A stretch of DNA of 64,000 nucleotides, taken from contig NC_043019.1 of the NCBI RefSeq assembly GCF_006345805.1, positions 28,085,360 to 28,149,359 of the forward strand. Reading direction: 5' to 3'. Made by a program: the position numbers and the translations under genes. The DNA comes from Octopus sinensis. Taxonomy: Eukaryota. Every line of letters starts with the position of its first letter. Position 1 is the first letter of the stretch. The notes beneath the pieces are model-generated. The model was not told the DNA's origin. It worked only from the letters and a program-made list of their open reading frames with translations, and made no database searches. This document shows positions 27,551 through 40,500 of this stretch, piece after piece.

Positions 27551-30500
27551 TGTACATACATATTTACAATATATCAGTAATGTATGCCAGAATTACACAT
27601 CCACAGCTAGACACAGACACATAGATACATACCAACAGATAGCTAGAGAGAGAATAATGTAATAGAATTTAGATGGACATTAACAGTTAAAACAGAATGA
27701 AGTGGTTCTTGTTTAGTACCAAGATAATCTTAATGAAACAGACTTATGATGACAGGTAGTCCAGCCATGACAATTCCACTCTTTTTTTTTTATATTTTTC
27801 AGATAGTTTATCTAGTAGCACATTATACAGAGTGTCCTTCCTTTTTTAAATCTTTGCTTGTCTAAAACATTTTCATGCATTTCTCCTAAACATCAACGCT
27901 TGTTTTCAGACTTTTAGTTAAACCTTGTTTCATACACTCTGAATAATGTAAAGCTTTCCTTTCATAAGTCCCAAGTTACACTAGTGTTTGGAAAAAAACT
28001 TGGAAATGTGTATCATATACAATGCATGGACACCAGGGAAATATGTCCTGCATGCCACATGCAATAACACAGGACAGGTAAAGGGTTAAGATGGTCAGGT
28101 GTGGTTCTAGATGAGTGGTCAGCGTTTCTTGCTGGCTGAGTGACCATATAAAAGTTGCCTTGTTTATTTTCCAGTCAGTCCTAAATGAACAGATGTGTGA
28201 TCAAAAGAATTTCAGTTATGACCAGATCATCCTGGGGTTATTCGGAATATGTTCATTTTGCAGCCACATGGTTCTGAGTGTAATTGCACTGCTCATCACT
28301 GAGGGTGGATGTCTTCTACAACAGCCTCAAGTTGACCACTACTTTGTAAATATTTGAAATAATGCATCAGTGAGGAAGCCTGTTGTATATATATTTATTT
28401 ATATTATATATATATATATATAAATAAATGAAAGAATGGAGTTGAACGAAGATGTTAACAAAATTCCTAGTGTTTTCTGACGTGAATTTGCTACCCAGGT
28501 TTCGGTTAAACGAATTTTCCATGCTGACGATAAACATAGGATAATTCATTCACCTACTTAAATATATATATATATATATATATATGAGTGGGGTATGGGG
28601 TAGCAACTTTGATGGGGAAACAAGTTGCACTCTTAGGGGTGGTTCATCCTCTTTGCTCTCCACTTGGCACCAAACGCCCCCCCCCCTGTGGTCCCAAATA
28701 GCTGTTATGTGCAACAGTTGCCATAACCCAGTAAACCGCTTCAACTGGCAGATCAAACTAAATGTAAGTCGCTAACAGGTATGTAAGTCTTGGTGAGCTA
28801 GGGCTTGCTTATTTATGCATGTGAAGACTGTATCTGGCAGACTCTGTAGAAGAAACCATTATTGCTTCAGGGGAGGGGAAGGTGGCTACAACAACACATA
28901 GTGGAGCATTGGGAGCATGATGAGGCAAGTAAGACATCTTGGTTACTGACAGCATCTGTTTCTGTTTCCACTCGTCTTGACTCAGTCTAGTCACTGGATC
29001 AAAGATGGTCACAGAGTGAGGTTGATGATACACAACTCTTTTTCACTTTAAATGAAGTCACCGCGCAAGTCATCACCAGTATGCAGGCTTGTGGCTTAGT
29101 GGTTAGGGTGCTGGATACATGATCATAAGATTGTGGTTTCAAGTCCTGGACCAAGCAATGCTTTGTGTTTTGGGACAAAACATTTCATTTCATATTGCTC
29201 CAGTCCACTCCACTCAGAAGACAAAAATGTGTATTCCTGTGACGGACCAGCATCCCATCCAGCAGGAAATATATATGCCACAGACACCAGGACACCAGCC
29301 CTATGAGTCTATATGACTTGGGAAGAAGAAGAAGCTTTCACCAGGATGAGTAGATGGTCCTTGTCATTCTATTTCGACACACAAAATAAAGTGTGCATGT
29401 GTATATCTTTCACTCTATATCAAGCAAGAAAACAAGTCAACCAGTGCATTCAAATAGTAATTTATTCCACTTGAGTGCACACACATAATGTTGTCTTTCT
29501 TACCATCAGAAATACAATGAACCAGTGATTAATCCATTATAAGTTTACAATGTATGACACAGACTACAGAATAACAGAATACAACATAAAATAATATAAA
29601 AAATAAGCAAGAATGCAGAGTGTCTTTCAATGCCTTGAACATCATGAAATAAAGGTGTGAGGAAGCAATGAGACATCTCATCATCACACAAATAGATATA
29701 TACACTTATATTTGAAAGGTTACATATATACACTAATATTATATATACATGCTAATACTATAAAGGTTTGTAGCAGTAATATTTAGCAATTAGATCACTA
29801 TATCCAATGTCACCATTTGCTAAAATATTACCGACACTATAAAAAAAATATCTGACCAATCAAAATTTTGCATAGAATCAGCTCCAACAATTTCATTTTT
29901 GGCATGCTTCTTTCTGAATGAAACCAACACTAAATATTCAGTGCAGCTAAACCCAATGACAACAGAGTACAGACAGCATCTGACACACAAGTGCTGGACC
30001 AACACAAAAGCAATGAACAGATGACGAGAGACATCAGAAGACAGTAGCACTACCAGTGGCTAACCACAATGGAGAAGCAGCGATAACAACACTTAAGGAC
30101 CAGCTAACATTTAGACTGCTGTTACAATCACACCAATTCAAGAACAATAATCTTCAAACTCTCTCAGTGTTTTGTCATTTGTAGTAGCAACATCTTTTGT
30201 TTACAATAAAAATAAATATTATTTCCATCAAAAATCTAAAACAGATATCAGTATGTTCTTTATTGCAACAAGTTAGAAGATATTACCTGTTTAACAGCGT
30301 CAAGTAATCGTGTGAGGAGACTCTGTCTTTCAGCAAGATGAGCGTCATAATCTGTAAATAGACAATAACAATATGTGCAGGTTAATTAGTATAAAGTTGT
30401 ACAGGTGTGCACGTGCATGTGTGCGTGATTAGCCATCTTCTCCTAGTTTTATGATTTACATGTATGTACTGTCCTTAACATTAAACATACATTACTGAGC

Positions 30501-33500
30501 CAACAAAAGAGCAATTATTTTGGATATCTTATTGGTTAAATCCAAATATAAATATTCCTTATAACTTGAGGGTTAATGTTTAACTGTGGTTTTCATGGTG
30601 CTAAGTAAATGAAATTGATAAATAAAGGTAAATACTCCTTCCCCTCCAGCTAGGATGTTGGTACACCACTTGTTTAGCCAAACACACTGTTCTTCTGCAA
30701 CATCTTCTACTGTTTTCACAAATATTTCTGCCATTGTATGACATATGCACTCAATACCGGAAAATTTCCACTTAGTATAACTCCCCTTAAGTACCTCTAC
30801 ATCTCCCTCCCCACTGCTCCTACATCTTGCACATCATTCCCCTACATTCTGACCATAGCCTTGTGAATGGATTTGGTAAATGGAAGGTGAAAGAACCCCA
30901 CCGTGTGTGTGTGTGTGTCCGTCCTTGCCTAGAGACCATATGATGGTTGTAAATGAGCATCACTGTCATACAAGTGGCGTTGTTCATTTCCAATCTTCCA
31001 CGTAAAACATGTCTAGAAAATATTGTCTTGCTTCAAAACAGGTGAGGGGTGGTGGCCATTAGCTAATCTTTGGAATCACAAAACAGTAAGGATTTCTGGA
31101 GCAGCAGTTCTCAACCATAGCTCACAGGGCTGCATGTGGCCCTCAACCATCCTTCATGTGCCCCCCACCCACCCCCGATGGTCTTATCTTCCCTCTATAA
31201 ATCTAATAAATTTTTCTTTAATTGACTTGTGTTTCCTTTTTTTGGTGTGCCCCTCCCCCTAGAAAAATCCAGATTTGGATCTGGCCCAGATGTTAAAAAG
31301 GTTGAGAATCACTGTTTTACAGCTTCATCGTGTTGGAAATGTTTGAGGAAGACATATGACATTTCCTGCAGTATTGAGGATCTAGCTACTAGAGGCAGTA
31401 TTACATTTGATCAACGCACAACATCATCTGCTATGGAATACAGCATCTTCATTGTTTTACATCCACTTTTCCATGCTTGCTTAGGTCAAATGGAGATTAT
31501 TTTCTCCAGATGGATGCCCTACCTGCTGCTAATTTTCACCTGTTTCCAAAGAAGGTAATATTTCCTCTGTTGTTGCAGAATATTGGAAATGAATTAAATT
31601 GTTTCTATTACAGTAGATACACATTTTCAACAATCTTGTGATGTCAAGACAAGGAAAGAGAGAGAGAGAGAGAGAAAGAAATAATAAGTAGAAAAGAAGT
31701 ATACAAGTCAATGCTTTACATGACATACACACATTACAGCAAAATGCCAAAATAATTACATAACACTTGTCAAAACATAGTGCAATCTTGCACTTCACCT
31801 CATCAGTGTCTACTATGTATGTATGTATGGATGGATAGACTTCTTTCTGGTGCCTACTACCAATTCCATTTACAAGGCTTTGGTTGCCTTGAGACTATAG
31901 TAGAAGACACTTGATCAAGGGGACACACAGCAGAACTAAACCAGGAACTAATATATACAAATGAAGCAACCAATTGAAAACCTCCATCATCCTCCATCAA
32001 ATGTCATAATCTCCATGTTTATATAACTTGCATAAATTGCTCCACAATTTCAGCTTATCTGAGTAGTGCTCACACGTAACGATGTGAACCTAATTGTTTA
32101 TCAAAACAAGTGAAGTGTTTGGAGTGAAACATCATCTACACACATAGATAAGATTAATTGCAAACAAGAACATAAACAAACTTTACGTTTAATAATTATC
32201 TTTACCTTTATTCATTATCATCAACATCATCATTATTTATAATGACATTAATTTAATTAATATGTTTATTCATTTGATCATATCTGTCGTAAAGATAAGA
32301 TGAATTGAATAATTGCCTTTTTTTCAGAGTCAGATAACTTTAACACAGCAGAAAGTGGATTGGAGGAAGTGTGGGTGACAAGTGCTAAGCTAATAATGTT
32401 TGACCAGATTTTCTCTAATCCTCCCATGTTCCAAGTTCAAATCCTGTCAGAGCCAACTTTCCAAACAAGTATATGGTCTCTTCTCCCTTTACATCTACAA
32501 ATTCGCGGCTTTGGGCCAATGTAATAAATCATAATAATAATAATAATAATAAAATGCCCTGATGCAGTACCAAGCAGTGGCTCTCATGGCTTCTGATCTT
32601 AACTGATTGTAAGTGTTATCACGTACATTGTTTTGTCTTGGTATAAAAGATGGGCTACAGCAAATATTCTGCTCAATACCACAGATTTGCTTGTCAGCTG
32701 TTTGACCGTAACCAGTTGAGTATGTCCCTTAGTGGCTGACGATATGTGCATCTCTGATCACGAGCAGAAGTAGTGGGGGAGCATCATAGCCATGTGTTGA
32801 GGGGGATTCTTTGGAGTTTGAATAATTCACCTCTAGAAACATGGGTGTTTCATTCAACATCCTTAAACAACCCTTATTCAGGGACCTTTTGAGTGGGATG
32901 GGTTACCCAACCAGAAGAAAATTCTAATTGGGCCCCACCTGCATGGTCATGTGCTGTTTATCTTGATATGAGATCACCATGTCGCGCACATATGGTTGTG
33001 ATGCATGTGCCTAGTGTACCCTTATCAGACGGGTAGTCATGATGGGTATACTGGGCTTCGTATGTTTTACCCCAGTGTCACTTTGATGGCATGCACAGCT
33101 CTCTCACTCAATAATAATAACAACAACAACAACAACTATGATGATGATGATGATGATGGACTCTCCCATCAAAGATGATGTTATGTGTGTTCAGCTTTTT
33201 GCCGAATGACCTGCACGAATGATTTGTTTATTGTGATCAAATGTATGTACTGTACATTAATTCACTCCCTCCGTCAAATCAACATTACTTGAACAGGTGC
33301 ACGGTGTACCTTGCATCAGATGCTGAAGTGATCATAAAGCAATATGAGATGTTTTTGCTCAAGAATACAAAGCACCAGTCAGAGTAGGAATTGAAACCAT
33401 GATCCCATGATCATGAGTGCAACACCCTAACCACTAGGCTGTGCACCCTCACCTTTAATAATATACTACTACTGGAACAAGGCCTGAAATTTTGGGGAAG

Positions 33501-34222
33501 GGGCTGGTTGATTACAATGGTTCCAGTGTTCAACTGGTACTTACTATACCAGTGCCAATAGGATGAAAGGCAAAGTTGACTTTAGTGGAGATTGAACTCA
33601 GAGCATAAAGACAGACAATTAGCTGCAGAGCATTTTGTTTGGTTTGCTAACAATTCTGCCAGCTCAATGCCTTAATAATAATAATAATAACAATAATAAT
33701 AAAAAAAAAAAAAAGATGGTATAGGCATACACCAGAAAAGGTCACAGAAAACGAGAAAGCAACCACACTCTGGGATATGCCGATACACACAGATAGAGAA
33801 ATTAAGGCCAACAGACCAGATATAGTTGTCAGAGATCATGAAGAAAAAAAATGCTTTCTAATTGATGTATCAATACCGGCAGATGACAACGTATCTCTAA
33901 AAGAAATGGAGAAACTTTCAAAATACAAAGACCTGGAAATAGAAGTAACCAGAATGTGGAATCTAAAAACAGAAACAATTCCTATCATAGTAGGTGCATT
34001 AGGCATGATTAAAAAATATTCAGACAAATACATAACAAAAACACCAGGACTTACAAACACATATAACATACAGAAAATTGCACTAGGCACTGCACACATC
34101 CTACGCAGAACACTTTCCATACAATAACCATCAGAGCATCACAACAAATCACAGCACATACCCAAGGCACACAGAGCTGCGCTCGGTAGTGAAGTGAAAG
34201 CACGCTATAAAAAATAAAACTA

Positions 34223-34256
<34 letters not shown>

Positions 34257-34466
34257 GTTTCAAATTTTGCCACAAGGGCAGCCATTTAGGGGGAGGGGAT
34301 GAGTCAATTATATCGACCCCAGTGTTTCACTGGTACTTAATTTATCGACCACGAAAGGATGAAAGAGAAAGTTGACTTTGGTGGAAGTTGAACTCGGAAC
34401 ATAGCGACAGGCTAAATACTGTTAAGCATTTCGTCCAACACGCTAACAATTCTGCCAGCACAATAA

Positions 34467-34506
<40 letters not shown>

Positions 34507-37500
34507 GATAATAATTACTGTTGCTATTATCGTACTTGTTTATTCATTTATCTTATCTTGAGCAGGATATAATTATTAGCGTCACAGATCGGAACAATGG
34601 AATATTTTAAACAGAAAATGGGATCAGAAGAAAGCAGGGAGAAATGCAGGAGAATAGAAGGTTGTGTTGTTCATGTTGAAGGCATAAGTGGCAGAAATCA
34701 AGTGATGTTGCATCAGAGATTGTACTCCTATTACACTGAGCATTTCCTTTTTATTTTAGACTTCCCTTCATTGTCGAGTGCTTGTAGTAAAGTTGAAACA
34801 GAATTGAAACCATGAAGCAGTGCATTGTTATGAACATCCTTTTCTACTCTAGGCACAAGGCCCGAAATCTTTGGGGGAGGAGGCCAGTCAATTAGACTGC
34901 CCCCAGTACACAATTAGTGCTTAATTTATTGACCCCGAAAGAATGAAAGGTGAAGTTGAACTTGGCAGAATTTGAACTCAGAATGTAAAGACAAACGAAA
35001 TACTGCTAAGCATTTCGCCCAGCATGCTAACATTTCTGCCAGCTTGCTGCCTTACATTGTTATGAATATCACCACCTGTTTGTATTTATGGCCGCAGCTG
35101 CCACACGAAGGTAAAAAGAAAAATAATAAAAAAAAACCCAGCATCCAGTCAGTTAATGATGATGAGTGTCCCATGTGACACAATCAATGGAACAGCCTGC
35201 TCTTGAAATTAGCATGCAAGTGGCTGAACCCTTCACAAACATGTGTACCCTTAACATAGTTCTCAAAGAGATTCAGCATCGCAAAGAATGTGACAAGGTG
35301 GTCTCTTTGACTTACAGGCACAACTCATTTTTGCTAGCTGAGTGGACTGGAGTTGTGTGAAATAAAGTGTCTTGCTCAAGAGCACAATGCACCACAAGGA
35401 ATCGAACTCACAATCTTACAGTTGTGAGTCGATCTTGGAGGGTCTAACATCTTTCAAACTGGTAGCCACCCCACCCCGTAAAGTGGATACCACTGCATAG
35501 TACTAAAAGTCATCCCCTCTCCATCAAGAGTAAGACCTAATAATAAAAGTTTAGAGTTCAAGAGCCCACAGATTTTCAATATCTCGCCAAAAGAATCTTT
35601 GAGATCGACAAGATATAGATGCATGTTTGTTAAAAAAATCCCTAACAAATTTTTACCAGAGAAGCTACATGACCCCTCATCTTGGGAAGAAACAAAAATT
35701 AGGACAGCTTTGTCCCACTTCCTGGTTCACTTATAACCAAAGAGAGAAGGCTGTGGAAGTGAAGTGAAATAAACTAGCTATCAATCACACAAAGATAAGT
35801 ATCTTCGTACATAGTTTGTAACAGCTCTCAGAGTCGAGGAGTAGAGTGGGGAAAAAGTCATTTGTCTGTACTTCGTAACCACCAAATCACTGAACGTGGT
35901 AACCTGTCAGAGGGCTTCTCTGAGTCAATGAATGACAGGAATAATGGTTTTACAAGTAAAAGTAAAATATGCACGCAGGAGATGTTTCGTTGTCTTTAAA
36001 AGACATGCACAACATAGACGGAAGTGGTCACTGTGTCAAAATGTAGAAACAGACCAAAACTAACATCTCCACATACATACACTAAAGAAAAAAAATATAA
36101 ACAACAGTGATATTGGTTTCAACTTTTGGCACAAGGCTAGTAATTTCAGGGGAGGGGCTAAGTCAATTATATTCACCCCTAGTGCTTAACTGGTATTTAT
36201 TTTATCGCCCCGGAAAAGACGAAAGGCAGAGTCGACCCCGCGGCGTAAAAGCGAACGAATTATTGATAGGCATTTCTCCCAGCGTTGGGAACGATTCTGC
36301 CAGCTCAGTCACCTTATAAACATCCATGATGTTAAAGAGGTAAAATCGCTGAACGAAATGCTTAGTGGCATTTCGCCTATCTTTACGTTGCGAGTTCAAA
36401 TTTCACCGAGGTCGATTTTTGCCTTTCATCCTTCCAGGGTCGATGAAATAAATACCAGACGAACACTGATGTCGATGTCATCGGCTTAACCTTTCCCTCG
36501 GAATTGCTGGCCTTGTGCCAAAATTTGAAATCAATATAAAAACGGTAAAATTTTTATTGTACTCCTAAATATATAATTAGATAAAGAGAAATGCTGAAAT
36601 TTTCCCAATTTTCTTTGTTATTGCATCAATGTTACACCGATATTTTTAAAATATCAGACAGATGAAAAAGTCAACATAGGTTCGATTCCAGTATGCAAAC
36701 ACAATGTTACTTAAGTGTTAAATTGTGAAATTATAAAAGTTCAAATTATCGAGAGAGAGAGAGGGGGGGAGAAAACGTGCTTATTATGTTGTTGAGGATT
36801 TAACCCCAAGTCGTTCACGATCCACTGACCCAGTAGACATGATCAAAAACGATCACACCGTGTCTTCTCTAGACATACGAGAACTGTCCAATATGCCCTT
36901 TTATTTTTAAGTGTGTAATAGGCTATAATTTGAAGGAGGGCTGGCTGCTATTTTTAGTAAGCCTAATGGTTGGTATAGTCATGTTTACGCTCCGCTAGCG
37001 TGTGTATTATTATAAACTGTGAAAATGCGCCATTTAATCGTGCACGCTTATTTTATGTATGTGTCGCAATGTAATGAATGCATATAAGATGGAAATACGC
37101 ATCTGACGTAGCTCAAACATCTGCTTATAAAGCTCAATTTACGTTGGCTAACGTGGCTAGATTTGTTCATCTTATCTAAAGTTGGCAATATTTCGTCTCT
37201 AGTAGACCTTTCCGTCGATTTCCGTAAAAAAAATTTATTTTTTTTACATATGGGCTTGCGGGAACTTTTGAAGTAATGAGAGCGAAAGAGACTAAGAGAA
37301 AGCGATTGTATGACGAGGGAAGTTCTTTTGAAGTTACCGTGCATGGCAAGCATTGATGGACATGTGTGTGTGTGTTTGATGGGGTGTGGGAGACAGACAG
37401 TATGTTGTGTAAGTGAAGTGCTTCTGTTAGTGTGTGTGAAGAGACAGAGTAATGTGTGAAAGAAAGAGATAACTGAAATTTTTTACTCGGTGTATGTGTA

Positions 37501-40500
37501 TATGTATGTATATTACTTCAAAAGTTCCCGCAAGCCCATATGTAAAAAAAAAAAAATTTTTTTTTACGGAAATCGACGGAAAGGTCTACTAGAGACGAAA
37601 GATCGCCTTAAACGGCAATCTTTCGTCTCGATTTCGACTCGGCCAAGGCGCGAACAGTCCGAGGAAAACTCAGAGCAGATTGTCAACTTTTAACTAAAAA
37701 AACACACACACACATTACGTAATTGAATAAACGCATGTCCTGAATCCAGGCTTGCTCGCGAATGGTTAATGTGCGCGCGCGTGCGAGCATAATTCTTTTA
37801 GCCACAGGTCAGCCCTTATTTTGTGCATCCATGATAAAAGCGGTCCCAATAGCGACCATTCCATCTCATTTTTAAATATTACACATCTAGGGTTACCTTA
37901 TGCAATATTTCCTTCCTTTAAAAAATATTAAAAAAAACTACAAAGATGCGATTTGAGAAGCCTCGTCGTTGGTGCGTGAAAGGCGTTCCACTCATGACCA
38001 TACAATCATATATTTAGATATTACATATCTAAGACTACATTATGCGATATAGCGATATATCCTTCCATATTTTTTTTACATTGGTAAGATACGATTTGAT
38101 GGCGATTTGGCTGCTATTTCTTATAGACCGAGCGACCAAGTAGTTGTTGGTGTGATGGACCGTATGAGTTTATGTGACATTTATTACAGTTACATTACAC
38201 CAGTTAATGACATTTAATTACATGAGAGCAACAGCATGTGCGCATGCATGGGGGGGGGGTCTCTGTGTGTGTGTGTACGTATGTATGAATGGACGTATGG
38301 AAGTACGAATGTATGAACGTATGTATGAGCGTACGTACGTATACTTGAACGTACGTACGTACATATGTGTGTGTGTACATATGTATGAATGGACGTATGG
38401 AGGTACGAATGTATGAACGTATGTATGAGCGTACGTACGTATACTTGAACGTACGTACGTACATATGTGTGTGTGTACATATGTATGAATGGACGTATGG
38501 AGGTACGAATGTATGAACGTATGTATGAGCGTACGTACGTATACTTGAACGTACGTACGTACATATGTGTGTGTGTACATATGTATGAATGGACGTATGG
38601 AGGTACGAATGTATGAACGTATGTATGAGCGTACGTACGTATACTTGAACGTACGTACGTACATATGTGTGTGTATGTGGGTGAATGGATGTATGTGTGT
38701 GTGTGTGTGTACATATGTATGAATGGACGTATGGAGGTACGAATGTATGAACGTATGTATGAGCGTACGTACGTACGCATACTTGAACGTACGTACGTAC
38801 ATATGTGTGTGTGTGTATGTGGGTGAATAGATGTATGTGTGTGTGTGTACGTATGTATGAATGGAGGTATGAACGTACGTACGTACATGTGTGTGTGTGT
38901 GTGTGTGTGGGGGGGGTGAATGGATGTACGTGTGTGTGTGTGTGTGTACGTATGTATGAATGGACGTATGGAAGTACGAATGTATGAACGTATGTATGAG
39001 CGTACGTACGTATACTTGAACGTACGTACGTACATATGTGTGTGTGTACATATGTATGAATGGACGTATGGAGGTACGAATGTATGAACGTATGTATGAG
39101 CGTACGTACGTATACTTGAACGTACGTACGTACATATGTGTGTGTGTACATATGTATGAATGGACGTATGGAGGTACGAATGTATGAACGTATGTATGAG
39201 CGTACGTACGTATACTTGAACGTACGTACGTACATATGTGTGTGTGTACATATGTATGAATGGACGTATGGAGGTACGAATGTATGAACGTATGTATGAG
39301 CGTACGTACGTATACTTGAACGTACGTACGTACATATGTGTGTGTGTGTGTATGTGGGTGAATGGATGTACGTGTGTGTGTGTGTGTACATATGTATGAA
39401 TGGACGTATGGAGGTACGAATGTATGAACGTATGTATGAGCGTACGTACGTACGCATACTTGAACGTACGTACGTACATATGTGTGTGTGTGTATGTGGG
39501 TGAATAGATGTATGTGTGTGTGTGTGTACGTATGTATGAATGGAGGTATGAACGTACGTACGTACATGTGTGTGTGTGTGTGTGGGGGGGGGTGAATGGA
39601 TGTACGTGTGTGTGTGTGTGTGTACGTATGTATGAATGGACGTATGGAGGTACGAATCTATGAACGTACGTACGTATATTTGAGCGTACGTACGTACATA
39701 TATATGTGTGTGTGAATGGATGTATGTGTGTGTGTGTGTAATTTCAGGCATATGTGTTTAGTATTTGTATATATTATAAATGGGAGGAAAGAGAAAGAGA
39801 GAGTGAGAGAGGAATGAACGAAAGTAAGAAGAGTGGGAGAAGAAAAGGGACAGAACGGGAAAGGAGAGAAAGGAGAAAGAGAGAGAGAGAGAGAGAGGGA
39901 GGGAGAAGAGGGTGTATGTGCGTGTGTAATGTCGTCATAGTTTATTTCTGAACAGACTGTTGTTGTCGTTATTGTTATGGTGTCATTTAGCACCGACTGA
40001 CCCGTGGAGATTCAATCATTCTCAAGACAAACGAAGTGAAATTTGAGGAAGATCTGACTGCTGTTTCGTGGAAGTTAACGGACTAGCCATTTAGATATGC
40101 TGTGATCCAATGTCTCCCCCCTCACCTCTCCTACCCAAATCCACCGGATCCTTCGTATCAACGCCATTAGTCCGAGTTTACAAAGAAAGGTTATAATAAG
40201 TTCGATCAAAGCGAGAGACCACGTCAAAGGACTTTCGGAAACAACCCACAATTAATACCAAACTTTGGCATTCTTTCGCTTTTAAGTAGAACAAATGTCA
40301 AGCTAGTGCCAGCTGATTTCCGAACACATGACGTCATTCTGGGCAGTTTACGGGATTTTATTTATTTATTTATCTTTTATATATATTTCCCCGTTCGGCA
40401 ACGTCTTTCATCTGCTGGAGATTGCCGAACACACACACAAATCCTTTTTATATGTACGCGTGTGTGTGTGTACGCATTAGTATATATAATATAATATATG

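Noticed and set aside
27978-27994. 17-bp match (ACACTAGTGTTTGGAAA) to the exon 3 acceptor region
   Set aside because: No exon homology beyond 3 nt; one such match in AT-rich 64 kb is not convincing.
28584-29033. GC-richer block after (TA)n with short ORFs (WQIKLNVS motif)
   Set aside because: Probably a retroelement fragment, but I could not assign a family or a sustained reading frame.
38204-39751. Long ORFs of 421-515 aa (also 1905-2590 and 49463-49881)
   Set aside because: Translations of satellite or microsatellite DNA, open in several frames because the repeat lacks stops. The array is not CRISPR: no unique spacers, eukaryotic context.
40126-40167. Possible alternative SNX29 first exon (ATG...GAG/gtgagg, minus strand)
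   Set aside because: Ends in phase 0 while exon 2 needs phase 1; could only be non-coding.
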